From IMG/VR virus record IMGVR_UViG_3300025470_000021: a stretch of 64,000 bases of DNA; one strand, 5' to 3'. The notes under the pieces are model-generated. The model worked only from the letters and a program-made list of their open reading frames with translations, was not told the origin of the DNA and ran no database searches. Positions 57,851 to 64,000 of this stretch are shown piece by piece. Source of the DNA: an uncultured virus (IMG/VR IMGVR_UViG_3300025470_000021) (lineage: Duplodnaviria > Heunggongvirae > Uroviricota > Caudoviricetes). Position numbers and translations under genes: made by a program. Within the stretch, counting starts at the first letter, position 1. Each line of letters begins with the position of its first letter.

Positions 57851-59899
57851 ATGTCATTATTTTCATTCAAGTTGGCTGACGACTTTGTTGCTCCGTACAA
57901 GGCAAAGAAGGCTCCATTTGGATACCAAGATGCAGCAGGAAACTCGGTAGGAGAGATCACATTCTTACGCACCTATTCCCGTAAAAAGGCAGATGGTACG
58001 AAAGAGACATGGGTCGATGTTTGCGAGCGAGTCATCAACGGCATGTACTCACTCCAGAAAGACCACGCCAAGAGCCAGCGTCTTCCATGGTCTGATGCCA
58101 AGGCTGCATCCTCTGCCAAGGAAGCATTCGACCGCCTGTGGAACCTCAAGTGGACACCACCAGGACGTGGCTTGTGGGTCATGGGTACACCGCTCGTCAA
58201 CGAGCAACGCAACTCAGCAGCACTACAGAATTGTGCCTTCGTATCAACAGGTTCAATGACCAAGACAGACCCAGCAAAGCCATTCGCATTTCTCATGGAA
58301 GCATCAATGCTCGGTGTGGGCGTTGGGTTCGATGACAAAGGAGCAGACAAGGAGTTCAAGATCTATGCGCCAGAAGAAGACAGTACCGCTTATGTCATCC
58401 CAGACACACGAGAGGGATGGGTCGAATCAACCGCTGCCCTCCTCAATAGTTACCTTAAGCCAGATACGAAGAAGCCTGTCTTTGATTACTCGGTCATCCG
58501 ACCAGCAGGAGAACCCATCAAGATCTTTGGTGGAACCGCAGCAGGTCCAGACCCACTAATCAGACTTCATACATTGATCATCAAGATGTTTGCGGGCCGT
58601 GCTGGTGAGTTACTTACTCGCCGTGACATCGCTGACATCGGAAACATGATTGGTGTCTGTGTTGTCTCTGGAAACGTTCGTCGTTCAGCAGAACTATTGA
58701 TGGGTCGTCTTGATGACAAGGACTTCCTTAATCTTAAAAACTATGAAGTCTATCCAGAGCGTAACTTCTATGACCCAACAGGTAAAGATTCTGGTTGGGG
58801 ATGGATGTCCAACAACAGCGTCGAAGTATCTGTTGGTCAGGATTTAACTCCAGCCATTGAGGGTATCGCCCGTAATGGTGAGCCTGGAGTTATCTGGATG
58901 GATGTATCTCGCAAATATGGTCGTCTAGCAGATCCAGAGAACAACAAGGACTGGCGTATCTCTGGCTACAACCCATGTGCTGAGCAGTCTCTTGAGTCAT
59001 ACGAGTGCTGTACTTTGGTTGAGACCTACTTGAACCGCCATACAGACATCGAGGATTACAAGCGCACACTTAAGTTTGCGTACCTCTATGCAAAGACTGT
59101 AACTCTTCTTCCAACACACTGGCAAGAAACGAACGCCATCATGCAGCGCAATCGCCGTATCGGTACATCGATGTCTGGTGTTGCTAACTTCGCTGACAAC
59201 AATGGTTGGTCAGAACTTCGTACATGGATGGATGAAGGTTACAAAGTAATCCAGAGTTACGATAAGACCTACTCTGAATGGCTAGGTATTCGTGAGTCAA
59301 TCAAGACCACAACTATCAAGCCATCAGGAACAGTCTCAATCCTTGCTGGTGAAAGCCCAGGAGTTCACTGGACTGTTGGTGGTCAATACTTCTACCGCAC
59401 CATTCGTTTTGCTAACTCTGATCCAATGTTGCCTCTCTTTAAATTGGCTAACTACCGAGTAGAGCCTGCTGCATCAGACCCAACATCAACATCTGTCGTC
59501 TACTTCCCAATCAAGAGCAATGCTCGTCGTAGCGAACAGGATGTATCGATCTACGAGAAAATGGCACTTGCTGCAACCGCCCAAAGATATTGGTCAGATA
59601 ATTCTGTTTCAGTAACAGTCTCATTTGATCCAAATACAGAGGCTTCGGCTATTGGTACGGCTTTGCATATGTACGATGGACAACTAAAGACTGTCTCATT
59701 CCTGCCTATGGACAATGGCTCATACGAGCAGATGCCTTACACCCAGATCACTGAGGAAGAGTATGAGAATGAAGGAACGATGAAGTTGTTCCCTATCGAT
59801 CTTGCTGGTGTCTATGCTGGTATGGCTGCTGATGCTATTGGTGAGGCTTACTGCACTACCGATGCCTGTGAAGTGAAGTTGATCAAAGACAATCAGTAA
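57851..59899 (+). CDS. nrdJ: Class II (B12-dependent) ribonucleotide reductase
   Basis: RTYSR, PPGRGLW, NCAF, GNVRRSA, NPCAEQ.L...ECC.L, TIKPSGT, C-terminal CTTDAC. Confidence 0.96.
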   Translation: MSLFSFKLADDFVAPYKAKKAPFGYQDAAGNSVGEITFLRTYSRKKADGTKETWVDVCERVINGMYSLQKDHAKSQRLPWSDAKAASSAKEAFDRLWNLKWTPPGRGLWVMGTPLVNEQRNSAALQNCAFVSTGSMTKTDPAKPFAFLMEASMLGVGVGFDDKGADKEFKIYAPEEDSTAYVIPDTREGWVESTAALLNSYLKPDTKKPVFDYSVIRPAGEPIKIFGGTAAGPDPLIRLHTLIIKMFAGRAGELLTRRDIADIGNMIGVCVVSGNVRRSAELLMGRLDDKDFLNLKNYEVYPERNFYDPTGKDSGWGWMSNNSVEVSVGQDLTPAIEGIARNGEPGVIWMDVSRKYGRLADPENNKDWRISGYNPCAEQSLESYECCTLVETYLNRHTDIEDYKRTLKFAYLYAKTVTLLPTHWQETNAIMQRNRRIGTSMSGVANFADNNGWSELRTWMDEGYKVIQSYDKTYSEWLGIRESIKTTTIKPSGTVSILAGESPGVHWTVGGQYFYRTIRFANSDPMLPLFKLANYRVEPAASDPTSTSVVYFPIKSNARRSEQDVSIYEKMALAATAQRYWSDNSVSVTVSFDPNTEASAIGTALHMYDGQLKTVSFLPMDNGSYEQMPYTQITEEEYENEGTMKLFPIDLAGVYAGMAADAIGEAYCTTDACEVKLIKDNQ

Positions 59900-59909
59900 A
59901 AAGTAAAGA

Positions 59910-60134
59910 CTAGGAAGCCCTGCCTTTTGGTGGGGCTTCTTGCTTTGGTACTCCTGTTAACTTCCAATCAGGCTTGCTAGTGAGATGCCACTTCTTGCAC
60001 TCTTTGCAGGCATATGCGCGACAAGGAAGATCTCGCGTCTTTCCTTGTGATATGGCATTCTTCCACGCTACTCGAAGTACTCGTTGTGCTTGTGATTCTG
60101 TTGCATAGGTACGCTTACCCGTGCACTGCATCAT
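59910..60134 (-). CDS. Small zinc-binding protein
   Basis: C..KR.Y...RAYACKECKKWHLTSK. Confidence 0.65.
   Translation of the reverse strand: MMQCTGKRTYATESQAQRVLRVAWKNAISQGKTRDLPCRAYACKECKKWHLTSKPDWKLTGVPKQEAPPKGRAS
59913..59946. terminator. Terminator at convergent junction
   Basis: GGAAGCCCTGCC-TTTT-GGTGGGGCTTCT hairpin. Confidence 0.65.
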
Positions 60135-60540
60135 CGTCTCCTTTTTCTGTTAAACACCACTCTTCATGATGCTTAATGTGATTGGTTGGATTTTTTATGT
60201 ACGAAATCATTGTCATCTCTGTTTGATTTATTGTAGATATTTTAAGTGAAAACAACGATGCGTCACATCGTTCGCATAATAGAACAACATAATCACCATC
60301 TAATCTCCAACCTACCTTGACTAAATGCTTCCAGAATAGTTCTTCGAACTCGCTCTTGGTAAGGCTATTGGCTTTTGATACTTGGCTATAGAAATCTTCT
60401 TTTGAATATTGGTGTGGTTTTGGGTTGTACGGCAACTCATCTTGCACCCATGTGCCTTTAATTTTGCGCTCTGTATCTTGGCGCTTCTTCTTCCAATCGT
60501 GATACTTATTCTCGCCCATATTTGGCATCTTATGCTCCAT
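60115..60540 (-). CDS. Hypothetical protein
   Basis: 141-aa ORF overlapping the next gene. Confidence 0.55.
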   Translation of the reverse strand: MEHKMPNMGENKYHDWKKKRQDTERKIKGTWVQDELPYNPKPHQYSKEDFYSQVSKANSLTKSEFEELFWKHLVKVGWRLDGDYVVLLCERCDASLFSLKISTINQTEMTMISYIKNPTNHIKHHEEWCLTEKGDDDAVHG

Positions 60541-60551
60541 ATCTATGAGAT

Positions 60552-60569
60552 GCCCCTCTTTCGAGGGGC
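60552..60569 (-). terminator. Hairpin after transglycosylase gene
   Basis: GCCCCTC/GAGGGGC stem; U-tract weak. Confidence 0.45.
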
Positions 60570-60585
60570 TCTCGTGCTTCTGCTA

Positions 60586-61185
60586 TTACTTCTGCTTAGG
60601 CTTTGTCTTTCGTACTGCTTTGGTCTGATGACCTACAGTCTTAACAGCCACCTTTGCTTTATGTGCCTGAATGTGTGCCTTGTATGGATACATGGCTAAC
60701 CAGTCTTGTACGACCTTCTGCCTTGTGCCCTTCCATGCACTCCAATTTCTGCCAGCATTGCTCATTTGATAAGCAATCTGTGCATTGGTCACAGGATTTA
60801 GCAGTTGAGCGTTGTACGCTAAACCGTAATAGGCTCGTCGATCTGCGCCCATCGAGCCAAGCATATTGATCTGGAATAAGCCATACGAGTTGTCTCCAGT
60901 ATGGACATTTCCGTTGTAATCAAGCGCATTTCCATGTGATTCTTTCATGGCTACCGCCCATGCATACTTCAAGGATTGACCTGTAAAGCCTACGGCTTGA
61001 AGCATCGTGACAAGTTCCGTTGGTTGAAACTTGGCATAGTTCTGATACTTCTTTAGCACGAGCATTTGGGCTTCTGCCTTACTAGGGGCTACGGCTGGGG
61101 CTGATAGCCCGATCATGGCTCCTAGTACTACTGCTGATGCTGAGATTGACCCCAGTATCACTCTTACTTTTGATATTGCTTTCAT
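60586..61185 (-). CDS. Secreted/membrane-anchored lytic transglycosylase (lysozyme-like)
   Basis: N-terminal hydrophobic segment; AVAMKES, SYGLFQINM, LLNP..NA..A, W.AW; Lys-rich tail. Confidence 0.85.
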   Translation of the reverse strand: MKAISKVRVILGSISASAVVLGAMIGLSAPAVAPSKAEAQMLVLKKYQNYAKFQPTELVTMLQAVGFTGQSLKYAWAVAMKESHGNALDYNGNVHTGDNSYGLFQINMLGSMGADRRAYYGLAYNAQLLNPVTNAQIAYQMSNAGRNWSAWKGTRQKVVQDWLAMYPYKAHIQAHKAKVAVKTVGHQTKAVRKTKPKQK

Positions 61186-61192
61186 AGTTTCA

Positions 61193-62470
61193 TCACTCCA
61201 TAAAGTCATTGGCGAGTTCTCCTGCCGTTGACTGCTGGTGACGGAGTCGGTGTAAATACCTTTCCGTCGTTTTAATTGACTGGTGACCTAATCGCTCTTT
61301 GACCTCGTGCACATCTACCCCATTTTTTAGTAACTGGGTAGCGTTAGCGTGCCGAAGGTCGTGAGTTCTAGGAGTCCAGCCAATTCCTGACTTGGCTATT
61401 GCTTGGTTCCATGTAGTTCTCCATACTCCACGCGGTAAGTGGCTCGTCTCGTCGGTCATGGTCTGACTAATCCTAGCCTTGCCCTTAGCCTTCCGATACT
61501 CTCGTTTCGTCTGGCTACAGGCTTGGCATCGGCAACCCCCATGTGTATAGGAGTAGAGCGTTCCATGCTTGAAGCGTTTTCCCTCTGTTGCATAGGGCTC
61601 CAGAGTGTCGATCTCGCGTGAAGGTTCTAGTTTACCTGCCGTTAATACTATCGATCGAGGGAAGAGCAGGTCATCTTTCCGCAGCGAGTTAGCCGAGACA
61701 TAGGCAGCAATCTCTTGTAAGAGGGCTTTTGAGAGGGTTACGGAGCGTTTCTTGCCCGATTTAGTAGCATCTATGACCTTGAATCGCTCGCCAGCGTTGT
61801 ATTGCGCCCCTAGATCACTGACTCGTCTCTGGATAAATACTTCGCCAGAGTTAAAATTGAAATCCTTTACCCTGAGTTCTGTAGCCTCACCGAATCTCGC
61901 CCCAGAGAGCACGAGCATCTTGGCAAGTAACTTCGCACCGGAACCGGTTCCGTCAGGCAAGTTACTTAGTATCTTCTTAAACTCGGCAGGCTCAAGGACA
62001 TTCTGCAGGTCTGGCTGGCTGACTTTGATCTTGATGCCATGCGTGGGGTTGCTGGTGATCGCCTCACTCTCGACCAGCGAGGCGAAGGCTGAGCCCAGAC
62101 ACGCCTTGACCTGACCCAGCGTGGCTGGCTTGACCCCCTCAAGTCTGAGGTCACTAAGTAACTTTCGAATCTGGCGGGCAGAGATGGAAGTTACTTCATT
62201 TGCGCCTAAACGATCTCGAACATATGTACGAAAGGTCATGGTGTAGTTCTTCTTAGTGATCGGCATAAGGTCAGCCGTCTGAATCCATTTGTCGAAGTAC
62301 TCGGACAGGCTAGAACCAGCCTCAGAAGGCTCTGTAAAGCCCAGAACCTCAGCCCTCAGACCCGAAGCCTCAGCCTGAGCATAGGAATCCCATGTGCCAG
62401 CAGAGAGGCGTTTGCCGTCTACTCGGTAATATGCGGTAAAGCGTTTACCGCGTTGTACTACATAAGCCAT
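61193..62470 (-). CDS. int: Tyrosine integrase/recombinase
   Basis: SGARFGEA..L, TKSG, HDLRH, LGHQS..TT..Y; start placed at ATG 62470 after GAGGGAGG. Confidence 0.93.
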   Translation of the reverse strand: MAYVVQRGKRFTAYYRVDGKRLSAGTWDSYAQAEASGLRAEVLGFTEPSEAGSSLSEYFDKWIQTADLMPITKKNYTMTFRTYVRDRLGANEVTSISARQIRKLLSDLRLEGVKPATLGQVKACLGSAFASLVESEAITSNPTHGIKIKVSQPDLQNVLEPAEFKKILSNLPDGTGSGAKLLAKMLVLSGARFGEATELRVKDFNFNSGEVFIQRRVSDLGAQYNAGERFKVIDATKSGKKRSVTLSKALLQEIAAYVSANSLRKDDLLFPRSIVLTAGKLEPSREIDTLEPYATEGKRFKHGTLYSYTHGGCRCQACSQTKREYRKAKGKARISQTMTDETSHLPRGVWRTTWNQAIAKSGIGWTPRTHDLRHANATQLLKNGVDVHEVKERLGHQSIKTTERYLHRLRHQQSTAGELANDFME

Positions 62471-62491
62471 AGCCACCCTCCCTCAGAGTGT

Positions 62492-62518
62492 TACTGGTCA
62501 GTACCTTACTCGCCAGTA
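62492..62518. promoter_or_regulatory. Two palindromic TACT-N4-AGTA sites upstream of integrase
   Basis: TACTGGTCAGTA at 62492, TACTCGCCAGTA at 62507. Confidence 0.5.
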
Positions 62519-62574
62519 GAAAGTTAGTCAAAAGTATGGGTATCGAGTTACATAGAGAACCCAGAACGGTGGAC

Positions 62575-62736
62575 TTACTGGTCGGCGTTGCCGTTCCAGA
62601 AGTCGGGATTGTAGGACTTATTGATTGGGTCATTGATGAGATCAGACCAATCACAGATGCAGTCCAAGCGGTTGCTTGAACAGTTAGGACAACGATAACG
62701 ATCTCCCCTAAAGAGATCTTCTAAGTAAATGGTCAC
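62575..62736 (-). CDS. Small Cys-rich hypothetical protein
   Basis: Hand-translated MTIYLEDLFRGDRYRCPNCSSNRLDCICDW...; AGGAGG RBS. Confidence 0.55.
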   Translation of the reverse strand: MTIYLEDLFRGDRYRCPNCSSNRLDCICDWSDLINDPINKSYNPDFWNGNADQ

Positions 62737-62806
62737 TATTCCTCCTAGTGACTTGGGGCGTAGTCTGGCTACGATTCCATGACAGGTTTAGGCAATGTCT
62801 ACATCG

Positions 62807-62980
62807 TTATACCTCCACTACCTGAGTAGTGATGAGATCGTAGGCATCAGTGAATGCCTCCACGATCGTGACACCACTGCCTACTGCGACAGTCCTCTCC
62901 TTCTTGTCGGTGAGGTTGACCACGATGCGATCAGACATAACTGTTACATCGATCTCGTACTTACTAGCACTTCTTGCCAT
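62807..62980 (-). CDS. Small hypothetical protein
   Basis: Hand-translated MARSASKYEIDVTVMSDRIVVNLTDKKERTVAVGSG...; follows upstream stop. Confidence 0.6.
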   Translation of the reverse strand: MARSASKYEIDVTVMSDRIVVNLTDKKERTVAVGSGVTIVEAFTDAYDLITTQVVEV

Positions 62981-62981
62981 A

Positions 62982-63164
62982 TTAGTTTCCCTTGCTCTCT
63001 CGTTTAGTTATCCATGTATCGATTGTTGACTTACTCCACAGAGGTTTGTTGCCGATCTGTAGATCTGGCTCTGGAAGGGTGTTTCGCTTTCGATGCCTGT
63101 ATATCGTGTCGTACTTGAGACCCGACAATTTTGCGATGTCGGTATATGTAAGCCATTCGCTCAT
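62982..63164 (-). CDS. AlpA/excisionase-like HTH protein
   Basis: WLTYTDIAKLSGL...TIY......LPEPD..IG..PLW...TIDTW; AGGAG RBS. Confidence 0.8.
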   Translation of the reverse strand: MSEWLTYTDIAKLSGLKYDTIYRHRKRNTLPEPDLQIGNKPLWSKSTIDTWITKRESKGN

Positions 63165-63178
63165 GCTTTAGTACTCTC

Positions 63179-63499
63179 CTAAGATTGATCTTCATTGGTT
63201 ATATCTCGCTTATCTATGTATTCTAGAAATTGATCTAAGATCTTTGTTAGATCATCTACTGAGTGCTCGGTGAACCCAAGCAGGATCTCGATCACTTTCA
63301 TAAGCCCCCAGATAATCATCTCTGGCTCTATGTCATTCTCTGAGAGAACGCGATCAAGATGATCGTTGGCTAGGTACTCCTTGATCTCTGGCGGTAATCC
63401 GTCTAGTCGCTCTGCCTCTACCTTGAAGCCACGAGCCACCTTGATGAATTCGCTGGCGATGAGGATTGACTTGCGTAGTTCTATTGCCTCTTGATTCAT
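63179..63499 (-). CDS. Hypothetical protein
   Basis: AAGGAG RBS. Confidence 0.6.
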   Translation of the reverse strand: MNQEAIELRKSILIASEFIKVARGFKVEAERLDGLPPEIKEYLANDHLDRVLSENDIEPEMIIWGLMKVIEILLGFTEHSVDDLTKILDQFLEYIDKRDITNEDQS

Positions 63500-63501
63500 A
63501 G

Positions 63502-63654
63502 TTACTCCTTACCTTTGCAGTTAAAACATATCCACATAACATTCTCTTGATTGTGTTCGATAAACTTCCCAGAAGTAATTAGCCCCTGCTGACCGCATTG
63601 ATCGCAGGTATCTAATTGATCTGGTGTTACTCTGATTAGTTCTACATAACCCAT
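63502..63654 (-). CDS. Small zinc-finger protein
   Basis: Hand-translated MGYVELIRVTPDQLDTCDQCGQQ...WICFNCKGKE. Confidence 0.55.
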   Translation of the reverse strand: MGYVELIRVTPDQLDTCDQCGQQGLITSGKFIEHNQENVMWICFNCKGKE

Positions 63655-63968
63655 TACGCCACCTTTCCTGTCTTTACATACTTGTGTAAGTAATCTTTAT
63701 TTTTCTTGCTGGTTCTGATCTTGTGGCAGTAAGCGCATCGCACTACGCATTTGCCGATTTCTTTCTGCAATTTGATCAATGGAATACCCTCTTGAATGCC
63801 GAGAGAGATATCGAATGACTTGCGCCCTCTAACATGGTCGAAGTCCAACCCTCTGATGTCTGCGTTGCCACAGTCCACGCATGGGTTCTCGGATTTGTAC
63901 TCAGCAACATAGGCTTGAAGTACTGCACGCCTCTTTGCCTTTGCATACTTAGTCTGCTTGATCATCAC
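63654..63968 (-). CDS. HNH endonuclease-like protein (start may lie beyond the window)
   Basis: CVDCG...LDFDHVRG.K...KCVVRCAYCHKIRT; same family as 51280..51675. Confidence 0.8.
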   Translation of the reverse strand: MMIKQTKYAKAKRRAVLQAYVAEYKSENPCVDCGNADIRGLDFDHVRGRKSFDISLGIQEGIPLIKLQKEIGKCVVRCAYCHKIRTSKKNKDYLHKYVKTGKVA

Positions 63969-64000
63969 CTTGTGATTGTCGGTGTAGTGATCGTAACTAG

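Noticed and set aside
41913..59899. Inteins or introns in polA, recA and nrdJ
   Set aside because: Lengths are ordinary, ORFs are continuous, and no splice motifs were seen

Overview
The whole window is part of a large tailed dsDNA phage genome with a contractile (myovirus-type) tail. The host is almost certainly an actinobacterium (whiB, several leaderless TANNNT promoters). The moderate GC by eye suggests a freshwater low-GC actinobacterium, but that is inference. Layout: 1-13.3 kb has collagen-like and Gly-rich fibre genes, interrupted by an inverted four-gene glycosylation-type cassette. 14-17.7 kb has neck genes plus one very acidic and about eight tiny Lys-rich proteins. 17.7-32.6 kb has sheath, tube, tape measure and baseplate. 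33.5-49.9 kb is replication/recombination (initiator with internal iteron-like repeats, DnaC-like loader, DnaB, primase, SNF2 helicase, SSB, PolA, RecA, WhiB, Cas4-like nuclease, RuvC, SpoVS). 50-57.7 kb holds mostly unknown genes ending in a nucleotidyltransferase / HAD / TGT-barrel-like trio. A class II RNR follows, then a minus-strand block with a secreted transglycosylase, tyrosine integrase, AlpA-like protein and HNH. The best candidate novel systems are the NTase-HAD-TGT-like trio with substituted catalytic residues, the collagen-fibre glycosylation cassette, and the acidic plus basic micro-protein array. There are also two candidate +1 frameshifts and an apparent ATC start. All calls come from motif recognition by eye; no searches were run. 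No tRNA, rRNA or CRISPR array was seen.
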